From: an uncultured bacterium
GTDB lineage: Bacteria; Acidobacteriota; HRBIN11; JAKEFK01
Length of the DNA stretch: 64,000 nt
Assembly: GCA_963777505.1 (NCBI GenBank)
Contig: CAVZQN010000001.1
Location: 640,001 to 704,000 of the forward strand
Direction of reading: 5' to 3'
Shown here in pieces: positions 10,220 through 21,459 of this stretch. A model generated the notes under the pieces. The model did not search any database and had not been told where the DNA came from. It saw nothing but the letters and a program-made list of their open reading frames with translations. The stretch's first letter is position 1, and each line of letters opens with the position of its first letter. Both the position numbers and the translations under genes were made by a program.

Positions 10220-10711
10220 TTATTGAACATCAGTATCAGTGATATCTATTTCGAGTGCAGCAGACTGCTGAATCAAATCCACAGAAAGAACAAGGAGATG
10301 CTTTTTGCGTTTCGAGAGTACGATTCCTTCAACGCCTTTTAGTGGACCTCTTTTGATTCGAACTCGCATTCCTTCTTTAACATAAGGATATGGATCATAC
10401 TGCAACCCACTTTCAACGAGCTGACGCACGGCATCAATTTGATCTTCTGGTATTGCAACCGGTGTCCCTTCATGCGAGACAAATTGCACTACACCCGGGG
10501 TACGCAAAACGGGCAAGCGGTGTTCGGAAGTAGTATGGACAAAGACGTATCCGCCGAACAATGGGAATTGCACCTCTTTTCTGCGATCCTTCCAACGGCT
10601 TATAACCGTTCGCAAGGGCAAAAAGACATCAATACCCTTTTCGTTCAGATAACCAGCGACCTTCTTTTCGTGTCTGGGCTTTGTATAAATCGCGAACCAC
10701 TCAAAAATCAT
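10220..10711 (-). CDS. NusG paralogue transcription antiterminator (UpxY/LoaP-like)
   Basis: WFAIYTKPRHEKKV, WKDRRK...PLFGGYVFV NGN domain; KOW motif GMRVRIKRGPLKGVEG. Confidence 0.88.
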   Translation of the reverse strand: MIFEWFAIYTKPRHEKKVAGYLNEKGIDVFLPLRTVISRWKDRRKEVQFPLFGGYVFVHTTSEHRLPVLRTPGVVQFVSHEGTPVAIPEDQIDAVRQLVESGLQYDPYPYVKEGMRVRIKRGPLKGVEGIVLSKRKKHLLVLSVDLIQQSAALEIDITDTDVQ

Positions 10712-10722
10712 CTCGAAAAATT

Positions 10723-11769
10723 TTAGAAAAGTGAAAGTCGAATCCGCAAATATTGCTTTGGATCCTGCCGAATGTCACGGATTAATAACTGCAGCTCCTT
10801 AACTGTATTATTTGTGTTGTCATACAGTTCTTTATCAGAAAAAAGTTTTCCGACAGTGCCTTCACCTTTTGACATGCGCTCCGTTAATGGCTTGAGATTT
10901 GCCATGACCTGATTCAGATTGTTATAAAGAGCTGGATCGCGTGAAAGTTTGCCGAGTGTACCATCGCCTTTTTCGATTCGCACAATCACGCCTTCAAGTT
11001 TTGCGATTGAGTTCGAAAGTTTTTCCCCCATTTCTTTATCATTCAACAATTTCCCGGCAGTACCCTGACCAGCGCGCAAATTTTCAGTAGCAGCGCGTAG
11101 ATTAACCGCCGTGTCGCTTAAATCTCGATACAATTTGTCGTTATTGATGAGACTGCCGATCGTACCTGAACCCGAATGCGTTTTCCTTAGGATTTCGTTC
11201 AAGTTTTTATAAATATCATCGTCTTTCAAAAACTTGCCCACTGTCCCTTTTCCTTCTTTCATCGCCTGGGTTATGTCTTTAACATTAATAACAGTATCGC
11301 CAAGATTATCGAAAGTATGATTTGCTCTTGCGATCATTTCATCAATATCAAGAGGCGGCGCCCCAGTAACAGTTTCGTATTCTTTTAGAGGACGCCCATC
11401 GCGAGTGCCCTGGCTGATCTCGATGTATTTATCACCTAAAAGACCGAGGCTACTAAGATGCGCAATCGAATCAGTTCGAATTCGTTCTCTGTATTTTTCC
11501 TGAATGCGCAACTCGACACGTACGCCTTTTTCAAGTTCTACAAATTCATATCCATTAACATTGCCGACTGTCACACCTTCCAACATCACTGGTGAATCCT
11601 CACGTAGGCCTCCAATGTTTGGCATATACGTATACAGTGTGTATCGTTTCGCAAAAGGTGATTCAACACCCAGCACCAACACTACAATCCCAACAAGGAC
11701 CGCAAGCGAAATGATGATGAGTGCTCCCACCTTCAGCTCAGACCAGGCAAGAGCTTTCTTTGTCGGCAT
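10723..11769 (-). CDS. mlaD: MlaD/MCE-family lipid transport protein
   Basis: MCE domain (GLREDSPVMLEGVTVGNV, GLLGDKYIEI) and repeated GxGTxGKL helical repeats; start set at MPTKK after a GGAGG RBS. Confidence 0.85.
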   Translation of the reverse strand: MPTKKALAWSELKVGALIIISLAVLVGIVVLVLGVESPFAKRYTLYTYMPNIGGLREDSPVMLEGVTVGNVNGYEFVELEKGVRVELRIQEKYRERIRTDSIAHLSSLGLLGDKYIEISQGTRDGRPLKEYETVTGAPPLDIDEMIARANHTFDNLGDTVINVKDITQAMKEGKGTVGKFLKDDDIYKNLNEILRKTHSGSGTIGSLINNDKLYRDLSDTAVNLRAATENLRAGQGTAGKLLNDKEMGEKLSNSIAKLEGVIVRIEKGDGTLGKLSRDPALYNNLNQVMANLKPLTERMSKGEGTVGKLFSDKELYDNTNNTVKELQLLIRDIRQDPKQYLRIRLSLF

Positions 11770-11823
11770 ATTTCCTCCACTTAATTGCTGAGTGCTGAAC
11801 AATGAGTGCCGAGCACTATCGAA

Positions 11824-12687
11824 TTACGTTGTATCACCGCGAAATTCCACGATATACGGATCAGTAGAATTTCTGAATTCTTCAACAGTTCCTTCAAAAA
11901 TTTTTTCACCTTCGCTGATCATATAAAAAATGGTTTCACTTAAATGACGTCCGGAAGTATCACGAATCATCCGTATATCATTTCCTTCCGCTGATACAGA
12001 ATTATAAGCAAGCTTGTAACCATCTTCGAGCTTGTGTGAAACAAGAATCGACGTAACATTTCGAAGATCTCGAAGTTTAATCATTTGTTTAATAACTGTC
12101 TTTGAAGTAACGGGATCAAGACCGGCTGTCGGCTCATCGTACAACAACAATTTCGGATTGGCGGCCATCGCTCGGGCGATAGCAACACGCCTCTTTTGAC
12201 CTCCACTTAATTCAGCCGGCATCTTATCGATCATTTCTTCAAGCTCCACAAGTGTCAAAAGCTCCAAAATTCTTGCTTCAATGTCTTCCTCAGGCATTGT
12301 TTTCCGTTCGTACAGAACATAACCGATATTTTCGCGTACAGTTAGCGAATCGAACAATGCGCTTTCTTGAAAAACCATTCCCAATTTCTCTCGTACGGGA
12401 AATAATTCATCTTCCGTATATCGACTGATTTCTTCTCCATCAACGAATATTTCTCCACTATCCGGTTTAATCAAGCCTAAAATCAATTTTAGAATCGTGC
12501 TTTTACCGGCGCCACTTTGACCAACAATCATCATAGAAGTGCCTGTTAGCACACGTAGATTGATGTCTTTAAGGATGTGAGAATCACCGACACTGAAATA
12601 GACATTACGAAGTTCGATCATGCAGCTATCTTTGGGAGATATTGCTGGAACAGGAGAGACAATCGCTGTAGTGTCGGCCTCTTTCAT
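11824..12687 (-). CDS. mlaF: MlaF-family ABC ATP-binding protein
   Basis: GQSGAGKST, FQESALFDSL, LSGGQKRR, LLYDEPTAGLDP; TGATG overlap with mlaE. Confidence 0.9.
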   Translation of the reverse strand: MKEADTTAIVSPVPAISPKDSCMIELRNVYFSVGDSHILKDINLRVLTGTSMMIVGQSGAGKSTILKLILGLIKPDSGEIFVDGEEISRYTEDELFPVREKLGMVFQESALFDSLTVRENIGYVLYERKTMPEEDIEARILELLTLVELEEMIDKMPAELSGGQKRRVAIARAMAANPKLLLYDEPTAGLDPVTSKTVIKQMIKLRDLRNVTSILVSHKLEDGYKLAYNSVSAEGNDIRMIRDTSGRHLSETIFYMISEGEKIFEGTVEEFRNSTDPYIVEFRGDTT

Positions 12688-13442
12688 CAAAGCACCGCAA
12701 AAAAGAGTTTTGTCAAAACAAAATCAGATGCAAGCACTATGACAGAACAAACAACGACAGATTGTGTTGTTGATCGGCCCACACCTTGGGTTCCACCTGT
12801 GGTTTGCAGGCCCATGTAGCAGCCCACCATGGCAATAATGTAACCGAATACTATAGGCTTTATCACGCCTCCAATAAGGTCACTTGCGGTAAGCGCATCA
12901 ATTGAAGATTGAAAGTAAAGTCCACCTGGTATTTGCAATACAAGAATACTAATCAGCCATCCGCCTAATAATCCAACGGTATCTGAAAGGATTGTAAGAA
13001 GGGGCACCATTAAAACACCTGCAACTAGCCGCGGCACAACAAGCTTACGAATCGGGTCACTACCCATAGCGCGCATAGCATTAATTTGATCGGTCACCAT
13101 CATCGATCCAAGTTCTGCAGCAATTCCGGACCCGACACGCCCAGATACCATTAGTGCGGTTAACACCGGGCCTAGTTCGCGAATCATTGACAAGCTCACA
13201 ACACGACCCACATAGTTTTTGGCCCCAAATGTTTCAAGGCTGAGCGCTGTCTGTAAAGCAAGAACCATTCCGGTAAAGAGCCCGGTTAGCATTACGATGT
13301 TCAAGGAACCGACACCTATCGAATCCATTTGTAGAATCATTTCTTGTGGAAAACGAGGGCGCGTAAAAAGCGCACTTATTGCACGAGCACAGAGGTGAAA
13401 GAACTCCTGTACTTCGTAGACCCAGACTTTGAGTGTTTCCAT
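12687..13442 (-). CDS. mlaE: MlaE-family ABC permease
   Basis: RELGPVLTALMVSGRVGS, AELGSM, GVGRSTT motifs; start set at METLKVW. Confidence 0.9.
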   Translation of the reverse strand: METLKVWVYEVQEFFHLCARAISALFTRPRFPQEMILQMDSIGVGSLNIVMLTGLFTGMVLALQTALSLETFGAKNYVGRVVSLSMIRELGPVLTALMVSGRVGSGIAAELGSMMVTDQINAMRAMGSDPIRKLVVPRLVAGVLMVPLLTILSDTVGLLGGWLISILVLQIPGGLYFQSSIDALTASDLIGGVIKPIVFGYIIAMVGCYMGLQTTGGTQGVGRSTTQSVVVCSVIVLASDFVLTKLFFAVL

Positions 13443-13486
13443 AAAGGAAAGATTATATCCGTCCCGGCGTGAAAGAGTGCATGAGG

Positions 13487-14116
13487 CTATTTTCTTAAAA
13501 TTACACGAGCCGGTGCTCCGTCCATATCTGATAATTTGAGTGGAAGACACGACATCTCGTAATCTCCTTCTTCAACTTCAGATAAATTTAGCCCTTCTAT
13601 GAGAATCACCTCGTTTCCCAACAAATAGCGATGGACGGGAAATTCTGTGTTGCCGTATTCTTCCACCGACAAATAGTCAAACCCGATCAGTTTAATTCCG
13701 TTCTCAACCAAATATATCGAGGCTTCAAGAGTCAGGTAAATGTATTTCCTTTGAAAATTCTTTTTGCTCCCCCAAAAAAGAGAATTACGGGTCTTGAAAA
13801 GAATTCGAAAATCATCCACACGGACAAGATTAGTCAACTCTGAGACATCTACCTTCGTTTTGTCATGAATTTCTACAACCCGCACACGACCATTCAGAAT
13901 TTCCAAGGGCAGCTCTGAAACAGTCGCTCCATCTTTCAAAAAATGTGACGGCGCATCAACATGCGTACCCGTATGATTGCCAAGCGAAATTTGATGCAAC
14001 TGATATTGATCGTTTTCAAGAGTTTTAAGCTGACGAGATTTGAAACGTGGATCACCGGGAAATGTATGCATCCCCATTCGAACATCCACACTAATATCGT
14101 AAATTCTTGATGACAT
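13487..14116 (-). CDS. Cyclase/kynurenine formamidase-family metal hydrolase
   Basis: HTGTHVDAPSH motif, GFDYLSVE, DGAPARV. Confidence 0.88.
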   Translation of the reverse strand: MSSRIYDISVDVRMGMHTFPGDPRFKSRQLKTLENDQYQLHQISLGNHTGTHVDAPSHFLKDGATVSELPLEILNGRVRVVEIHDKTKVDVSELTNLVRVDDFRILFKTRNSLFWGSKKNFQRKYIYLTLEASIYLVENGIKLIGFDYLSVEEYGNTEFPVHRYLLGNEVILIEGLNLSEVEEGDYEMSCLPLKLSDMDGAPARVILRK

Positions 14117-14133
14117 GGAATTCACTTAGCGAT

Positions 14134-14556
14134 TTATGGAATCAACTCTAGACGGTTGAAAAAGAATGGAATTTCAGTCGAGGCAGTCGCTTCGGCATCT
14201 GAGCCATGGATTACATTTTGCTCAACATTCGATGCTAAATCTTTCCGGATTGTGCCCTCTGCAGCTTTCGCAGGATCCGTTGCACCCATCAAAGTGCGAA
14301 GCCGCTCAATTGCATTCTCCCCTTCCAGCACCAATGGAACTATTGGACCTGAACTCATAAACTGAATCAGACTTTGGTAAAAAGGACGTTCTTTATGAAC
14401 AGCATAAAAAGCACCGGCTTGTTCTGACGAAAGTTGCACAATCTTCATTCCAACAATTCGGAAGCCTGCCGTTTCTAAACGTTTAACGACTTCACCGATC
14501 ACTTTTTGCCGGACTCCGTCCGGTTTCACTATGGCTAATGTTCTTTGCATTTTCAT
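14134..14556 (-). CDS. ndk: Nucleoside diphosphate kinase
   Basis: TLAIVKPDGV, HKERPFY, GTIR, NVIHGSD. Confidence 0.97.
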   Translation of the reverse strand: MKMQRTLAIVKPDGVRQKVIGEVVKRLETAGFRIVGMKIVQLSSEQAGAFYAVHKERPFYQSLIQFMSSGPIVPLVLEGENAIERLRTLMGATDPAKAAEGTIRKDLASNVEQNVIHGSDAEATASTEIPFFFNRLELIP

Positions 14557-14580
14557 ACTCTCAACAGGATCATCTTTCGT

Positions 14581-15480
14581 TTATGTTTTATTGATTACTT
14601 TTTGTATGGTCGAACCTATATCTGCAGGACTAGGAGTCACTGTAACTCCTGCAGCTTCAAGAGCAGCGATTTTTGATGCTGCAGTTCCGGTACCTCCCGA
14701 GACAATCGCACCGGCATGACCCATCCGTTTATCGGCTGGCGCTGTTGTTCCTGCGATGAATGAAACCACCGGCTTTGTTACATTGCTACGAATAAAATCG
14801 GCAGCCTGTTCTTCCGCAGTACCTCCGATTTCGCCAATCATAACAATGGAAGTCGTTTCGGGATCCGATTGAAATAATTTCAACGCATCAATAAACGATG
14901 TGCCATTGATTGGATCACCGCCAATTCCAATGCATGTGGATTGTCCAAGATTCAGCGCACTCAATTGCCCTACTGCTTCATATGTCAGTGTCCCACTCCG
15001 GCTGACAACACCGACATTCCCTTGTTTATGGATGAAACCAGGCATGATTCCAATTTTGCATTTTCCAGGCGAAATGATTCCCGGACAATTTGGTCCAATT
15101 AATCGTGAATTCGATTCGTTCAAATGGCGCTTCACTTGAACCATATCGCGAACTGGAATTCCTTCTGTGATCGCAATAATCAATTCAATACCGGCATCCA
15201 TTGCTTCTAAAATTGCATCCGCTGCAAAAGCCGGCGGAACGAAAATAACGGAAACATTCGCCTGTTCTTTTTGAACGGCTTCACGAACTGTATTAAATAT
15301 TGGGATCGCCTTTTTGCTTGCAGGAACTTCAGTAAATTGGGTTCCACCTTTCCCCGGAGTTACTCCACCAACAATATTTGTTTGCGCATAATCCATGCAG
15401 TGAAATGTATGAAACTTCCCTTCTTTACCCGTAATGCCCTGCACTATGATGCGGGATTTTTCGTCCACTAATACGCTCAT
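14581..15480 (-). CDS. sucD: Succinyl-CoA synthetase alpha subunit
   Basis: [29 protein letters not shown]. Confidence 0.97.
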   Translation of the reverse strand: MSVLVDEKSRIIVQGITGKEGKFHTFHCMDYAQTNIVGGVTPGKGGTQFTEVPASKKAIPIFNTVREAVQKEQANVSVIFVPPAFAADAILEAMDAGIELIIAITEGIPVRDMVQVKRHLNESNSRLIGPNCPGIISPGKCKIGIMPGFIHKQGNVGVVSRSGTLTYEAVGQLSALNLGQSTCIGIGGDPINGTSFIDALKLFQSDPETTSIVMIGEIGGTAEEQAADFIRSNVTKPVVSFIAGTTAPADKRMGHAGAIVSGGTGTAASKIAALEAAGVTVTPSPADIGSTIQKVINKT

Positions 15481-15494
15481 CGTTGCTCCAATTG

Positions 15495-15526
15495 AGAATA
15501 GAGAATAGAAGATAGAGAATAGAAAG
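15495..15526. repeat. Heptamer tandem array (AGAATAG/AAGATAG)x4, left arm of an inverted pair
   Basis: Read directly; complementary to the array at 15976-16003. Confidence 0.85.
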
Positions 15527-15539
15527 AAATGCTTCCATA

Positions 15540-15925
15540 TTATTTAGAGCCTCGGCAAAAGTCTGAGGATTTATCAATCATTCCTCTAAGCATTCCTCCG
15601 ATCTGTTGCCATGACGTATCAAGGTCAGTAAATTGTTTCAGGCTTATGTATTTGCAATCTAGAGCATGATCTAGCCATGCTTGGGTTTCCATTGCTTCTC
15701 CTAGGCTTCATCTACTTTGTTCTTAAATGCCGCGACATAATATCGTCTGGCCCACGCTTCCGCGAGCATTGCATTTACTGCTCTTGATGACCGCCTGATT
15801 TGACTGACTAATGAATATTTTTCTTCCGAAGGAAATGAGCAAGTGACCCTTGATAGATTTCAGAAGAACTTGTGCGAGCACGTTGATAAACGTTAAGATC
15901 TTGAAAACTTTGAATTAAGGCCTAT
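15540..15925 (-). pseudogene. Four-helix-bundle protein (23S rRNA IVS protein/TIGR02436-like), frameshifted
   Basis: Manual translation across frame breaks: IQSFQDLNVYQRA...FPSEEKYSLVSQIRRSSRAVNAMLAEAWARR...GEAMETQAWLDHALDCKYI...IGGMLRGMI. AAGGAGG RBS, disrupted start (ATAG) and two internal frame breaks. Absent from the ORF track. Confidence 0.85.
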
Positions 15926-15975
15926 GATTTTTCCTCCTTAACTCCATCTCGCTATCCACCGCACCAACTCTCCTT

Positions 15976-16003
15976 CTATCCTCTATCTTCTATCCTCTAT
16001 CTT
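15976..16003. repeat. Heptamer tandem array (CTATCCT/CTATCTT)x4, right arm of an inverted pair
   Basis: Read directly. Confidence 0.85.
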
Positions 16004-16019
16004 CTCTGCTACTTATCCT

Positions 16020-17178
16020 CTACTTCGCTAAAGCAACTACTTTCTCTGCTCCATCCTTCATATTCTCCGCGATCATCAATTTAAGATTTGATTTCCGTAA
16101 AATCTCTTTACCTTGCTCAACGTTTGTACCTTCCATTCTCACGACAATGGGAAGCGTCATCTTCAATTCCGCAGCGGATTCAACAACACCTTGAGCAAGA
16201 ACATCGCAACGAAGAATGCCGCCGAAAATATTAATAAAGACAGCTTTTACTTCAGGATCCGATGTAAGAATTCGAAACGCATTTGTAATTTGATCCTTTT
16301 TTGCGCCGCCGCCAACATCTAAAAAGTTTGCAGGCTTTCCACCGGCAAGCTGAATAATGTCCATCGTTGCCATCGCAAGTCCTGCACCATTAACCATACA
16401 GCCGACGGTTCCATCCAATTTGACGTAATTCAAATTGTATTTGGAAGCTTCAACCTCAAAGGGATCCTCTTCACTGATATCTCGCAGTTCCAGAATGTCA
16501 CGATGGCGGAACATTGCATTGTCATCGAAGTTTATTTTCGCATCCAGCGCCAGCACATCACCCTGTTTCGTCAGGAGCAATGGATTGATTTCAGCGAGTG
16601 ATGCATCTTTTTCAATGAAGAGCCGAAATAATTCGGTAACAAAATGAATGCCTTTCTGAATACTTTCCGCAGGCAAACCCAATGAATACGCGATTGATCG
16701 TGCTTGATACGGCAGAAGACGTTCGCCTGCTACATGAATTCTCAAAATCTTTTCAGGCTTTTCTTTGGCAAGTGTTTCAATATCCATTCCACCTTCTGAA
16801 CTTGCCATGATTACAGGCATTGAAGCCTGACGGTCCAAAACAATTCCGAGATAATACTCTTTTGCTATATCCAATCCTTGTTCAACAAGAACTTTGTGAA
16901 CAATCTTACCTTCAGGACCAGTTTGCGGTGTGATCAGGGGTTTCCCTAATAACTCTTTCGCTTTTGCGGCAGCTTCATCCGGACTCTTCGCGATCTTGAT
17001 ACCGCCACCTTTTCCGCGGCCCGCCAGCATGAATTTGCGCTTTTACAACAACGACAGGTGTTCCGAGTTTTTGCGCGGCAGCTTTCGCTTCTTCAGGAGT
17101 TGTTGCAACAATCCCGTTTGGTACGGGAATTCCATAACCTCTGAAAAGTTCCTTTCCCTGATATTCATGAATTTTCAT
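16020..17178 (-). CDS. sucC: Succinyl-CoA synthetase beta subunit (one-base frameshift near 17020, probably a sequencing error)
   Basis: MKIHEYQGK...KAQIHAGG in one frame continues as RGKGGG...[11 protein letters not shown]...ANFLDVGG in another; extra G in GGCGGGCCGC. Confidence 0.93.
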
Positions 17179-17201
17179 GTTTCACCACAAAGGCACAAAG
17201 A

Positions 17202-18149
<948 letters not shown>

Positions 18150-19379
18150 TTAGAGATTTTCGATGATTGCCGTTGCAAATTCCGATGTCTTTAATTCCTT
18201 TGCGCCTTCCATCTGTCTTGCAAGATCATATGTAACTTTCTTTTGTTGAATCGTTTTTGCGAAAGCATGCTCGACCGCATCTGCTGCTTCTTTCCAGTTC
18301 ATGAATTCAAGCATCATAACTGCCGTTAAAAGAAGCGAACCCGGATTTACCATATCTTTGTCAGCATATTTTGGGGCGGTGCCGTGGGTTGCCTCAAATA
18401 AAGCTGCCTTATCGCCGATATTTGCACCTGGTGCAATGCCAAGTCCTCCGACCTGTGCAGCACAAGCATCGGAAAGGTAGTCGCCATTGAGGTTTGTTGT
18501 AGCAATAACTTCATATTCATCTGTGCGCGTGAGGATTTGCTGGAACATAGAATCCGCAATGCGATCCTTGATCACGACTTTTCCGGATGGATCGCCGCTT
18601 GAAAGTTGTTCTTCGCTAATCGTACTATTTGCAAATTCGGTGCGTGCAAGTTCATATCCCCAATCGCGAAAAGCACCTTCTGTATATTTCTGAATATTCC
18701 CCTTGTGAACAAGCGTTACGCTTTTTCGTTTATGTTGAAGTGCATGCTGAATCGCCATCCGAACTAATCGATTGCTTGCAAATTTGGAAATCGGTTTGAC
18801 GCCAACACCTGAATCCGGTCTAATTTCCACACCTAATTCTTCTTTTAAAAACTGAATGACTTTTTTTGCTTGATCGCTTTCCGATTGCCATTCAATTCCC
18901 GCGTAAACGTCTTCTGTATTTTCCCGGAAGATCACAACATTCATTTTTTCAGGATTACGCACAGGCGAAGGAACGCCTTGATAGAATTTAACCGGACGTA
19001 CGCATGCATAGAGATCAAGAACCTGACGCAGAGTGACGTTCAAACTGCGGAAGCCGCCGCCAACTGGCGTTGTAAGCGGTCCTTTAATTACGACTTTATA
19101 GTCCGAAATAGCCTGAATCGTATCTTTGGGCAATAGTTCGCCATACTTTTCCTGGGCTTTTTCACCCGCATAGATTTCGAACCATTCTATTTGACGTTTA
19201 CCGCCATAATTTTTTTCTACAGCGGCATTGACGATTCGCTGCGTAGCTTTTGTAATATCGCGGCCAATTCCATCGCCTTCGATAAATGGAATGATCGGGC
19301 GATCAGGAACTTGAATTTTTCCGTCACTCAGCTGGACCTTACTGCCAGTTTTGGGTTCTTCAAGTTTATCGTAGGACAC
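18150..19379 (-). CDS. icd: NADP-dependent isocitrate dehydrogenase
   Basis: [46 protein letters not shown]; GTG start after an AGGTGG RBS (the longer ORF runs through a repeat). Confidence 0.95.
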   Translation of the reverse strand: MSYDKLEEPKTGSKVQLSDGKIQVPDRPIIPFIEGDGIGRDITKATQRIVNAAVEKNYGGKRQIEWFEIYAGEKAQEKYGELLPKDTIQAISDYKVVIKGPLTTPVGGGFRSLNVTLRQVLDLYACVRPVKFYQGVPSPVRNPEKMNVVIFRENTEDVYAGIEWQSESDQAKKVIQFLKEELGVEIRPDSGVGVKPISKFASNRLVRMAIQHALQHKRKSVTLVHKGNIQKYTEGAFRDWGYELARTEFANSTISEEQLSSGDPSGKVVIKDRIADSMFQQILTRTDEYEVIATTNLNGDYLSDACAAQVGGLGIAPGANIGDKAALFEATHGTAPKYADKDMVNPGSLLLTAVMMLEFMNWKEAADAVEHAFAKTIQQKKVTYDLARQMEGAKELKTSEFATAIIENL

Positions 19380-19404
19380 TCTCCACCTCACATAAAAACT
19401 AATT

Positions 19405-19472
19405 CGTAACGCGTAATCCGTAACGGCAGTACAACGCAGATACGCATTACGTATCACGCATTACGGATTACG
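19405..19472. repeat. Inverted heptamer hairpin (CGTAACG / CATTACG units)
   Basis: Three CGTAAYS units facing five xxTxACG units upstream of icd. Confidence 0.75.
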
Positions 19473-19551
19473 TTCACATGACAAAGCCTTCAATCGACGT
19501 TTCTACTACACAAATCGCGTAAAACGAAAACTGTGGATTGAAATTAGTAGT

Positions 19552-19749
19552 TTAAGCGGATTGCCTGCGGAGTTTGCGGCGCAGCCGTTTCCGGGCAGAA
19601 GCCTGTTTAGCTCTTTTCTTTTCACCAGGCTTTAAATAAAAGGAATGTTTCTTAATTTCCTTGATGATGTCTTCTTGTTGTACTTTGCGCTTAAAACGTT
19701 TTAAAGCGCTTTCCAGCGATTCACCATCCTGGATAATAACTTCAGCCAA
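19552..19749 (-). CDS. rpsU: 30S ribosomal protein S21
   Basis: GESLESALKRFKRKV...FYLKPGEKKR; TTG start after GGAGGTG. Confidence 0.95.
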   Translation of the reverse strand: MAEVIIQDGESLESALKRFKRKVQQEDIIKEIKKHSFYLKPGEKKRAKQASARKRLRRKLRRQSA

Positions 19750-19806
19750 CCAATTCACCTCCTTATTATGAGACGGCAAATTCTATCATAAAGTATCAAT
19801 AAAACG

Positions 19807-19871
19807 GTAGCGGCGGGTCTAAGACCTATCCGCTTTCCAAAGCGATTTTACAATACCTCGCCAGCCCCTAC
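19807..19871. repeat. Degenerate GTAG-type REP doublet
   Basis: GTAGCGGCGGGTCT...GCCCCTAC; related to 26200-26268. Confidence 0.55.
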
Positions 19872-19872
19872 A

Positions 19873-20193
19873 TTATTTCAATGCAAATATATAGCCAGTC
19901 TCGACGGAAACCAGCTCGACAGGAGCATCGATCCTGACGTGATCTCCTTCCTGCGTCTTCAATCGACCCATACAACGGAGTCCTGCATCGAGTTGTATGA
20001 TTGCAAGGAAATACGGAACACTCTTCTGAAACTCCTCCGGCGCAACATGCACGCGAGTGAAACTATAAATCTTTCCTGATCCAGAAGCATTTTCCTGTAA
20101 TGTCTGAACGACTTGCGGACAAGCAGGACACAAATCAACATCGTCCAGATAAATCTTTTTGCATGAAGGACAACGGCGGATAACAATTTCCAT
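19873..20193 (-). CDS. DUF35 Zn-ribbon/OB-fold protein (thiolase partner)
   Basis: CPSC...CPAC, GKIYSFTRVH, PYFLAIIQLD. Confidence 0.88.
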   Translation of the reverse strand: MEIVIRRCPSCKKIYLDDVDLCPACPQVVQTLQENASGSGKIYSFTRVHVAPEEFQKSVPYFLAIIQLDAGLRCMGRLKTQEGDHVRIDAPVELVSVETGYIFALK

Positions 20194-20195
20194 TG

Positions 20196-21362
20196 TTATG
20201 CCCTCCTCTGCAAAATATGAACGACGCAGCTGGCTCCGCTTCCTCCAAGATTATGTGAAAGTGCGATTTGAGCATTTTCAACCTGGCGTGCACCGGCTTG
20301 ACCACGCAGCTGCAAAACCAGTTCTGCAACCTGTGCAATTCCTGTGGCTCCAACCGGATGACCTTTCGACTTGAGTCCGCCACTTGTATTCACTGGAATC
20401 TTTCCACCGATCGCTGTCATTCCTTCATAGCTGAATGGACCGCCCTGACCTTTTTTACAAAAGCCTAAATCTTCAATCGCGATGATTTCAGCAATGGTAA
20501 AGCAATCGTGAACTTCAACTACATCGATGTCTTCGGGTTTTACTTTTGCCATTTCATACGCTCGGCGTCCGGCAGCAATGGTTGCATCAAAGCGCGTAAT
20601 ATCTTCCTTCATATACATACAGAAGGAATCTGATGCCTGTCCGTGACCAATGATATCAACTGGAATTGCAGAGTGTTGTGATGCAAGTTCAGAAGCACAG
20701 ACAACAACTGCGGCGGCTCCATCGGTAATCAAAGAACAATCGAAAAGATTTAAGGGTTCCGCTACGAGCACTTGCGAGTTCATTGCCTTATCCAGGGAAA
20801 TTTCTTTTTGCATATGCGCATCGGGGTTTTTTGCGCCATTCGCATGATTCTTTACAGCGATGCTGGATAAATGTTCGCGTTTCGTTCCAAATTCATGCAT
20901 GTGTCTTTGCGCCATCAAAGCAAACATGGATGGAAATGTTGCTCCAATTCTTGCTTCCGAATGCCAATCTGCAGCCTGTGCAAGATATTCTGTAACCCGT
21001 GGAGTTTCTACAGTATTCATTTTCTCCACACCGCCAACAAGAACGTAATCGTATAAACCTGCGCCAACTGCAATCACGGCTTCGCGCAAAGCAGCTCCGC
21101 TTGAAGCGCACGCTGCCTCCGTTCTTACCATTGGTACATTGGGCAAACCCATCGCGGTTCCAGCATAAGGAGCCACATGATTTTGTTTGTTGAATCCTGT
21201 TGCTGCAAAATTACCAAGATAAAATGCTTGAATGACAGAAGATTCCAGCCTTGCATCTTCTAAAGCTTTCTTGCCTGCTTCTGCCATCAAACTTTTTAAT
21301 GAACGATCGGGAAAAACGCCGAACTTCGTTTTTCCTGATCCGATGATTGATACTCCTCGCAT
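20196..21362 (-). CDS. Thiolase, SCP2/archaeal-type acetyl-CoA acetyltransferase
   Basis: EAACASS, HDCFT, SGGLKSKGHPVGATG, HNLGG. Confidence 0.92.
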   Translation of the reverse strand: MRGVSIIGSGKTKFGVFPDRSLKSLMAEAGKKALEDARLESSVIQAFYLGNFAATGFNKQNHVAPYAGTAMGLPNVPMVRTEAACASSGAALREAVIAVGAGLYDYVLVGGVEKMNTVETPRVTEYLAQAADWHSEARIGATFPSMFALMAQRHMHEFGTKREHLSSIAVKNHANGAKNPDAHMQKEISLDKAMNSQVLVAEPLNLFDCSLITDGAAAVVVCASELASQHSAIPVDIIGHGQASDSFCMYMKEDITRFDATIAAGRRAYEMAKVKPEDIDVVEVHDCFTIAEIIAIEDLGFCKKGQGGPFSYEGMTAIGGKIPVNTSGGLKSKGHPVGATGIAQVAELVLQLRGQAGARQVENAQIALSHNLGGSGASCVVHILQRRA

Positions 21363-21408
21363 TTCTATCACTCCATTAATCCATCAATCCAATAATGCAT
21401 TTAATTTA

Positions 21409-21457
21409 GCGGACGGGAGTCCACGGTCCCCGATGCAGGCAGAGGCCTGCGGTCCCT
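21409..21457. repeat. REP-like doublet, family B copy 1
   Basis: GCGGAC..GTCC..GTCCCCGATGCAGGC..GCCTGCGGTCCCT; copies at 33244 (inverted) and 33681. Confidence 0.8.
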
Positions 21458-21459
21458 TA

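Noticed and set aside
17010-17035. Programmed frameshift in sucC
   Set aside because: No slippery heptamer; one extra G in a short G run, with similar indels in other genes, is better explained as a sequencing error.
19380-19457. N-terminal extensions predicted for icd (also mlaE, mlaD, hutU, hutH, dcd, 26254 dehydrogenase)
   Set aside because: They run through repeats or neighbouring genes; downstream starts have a better RBS or -10 context and match family N-termini.
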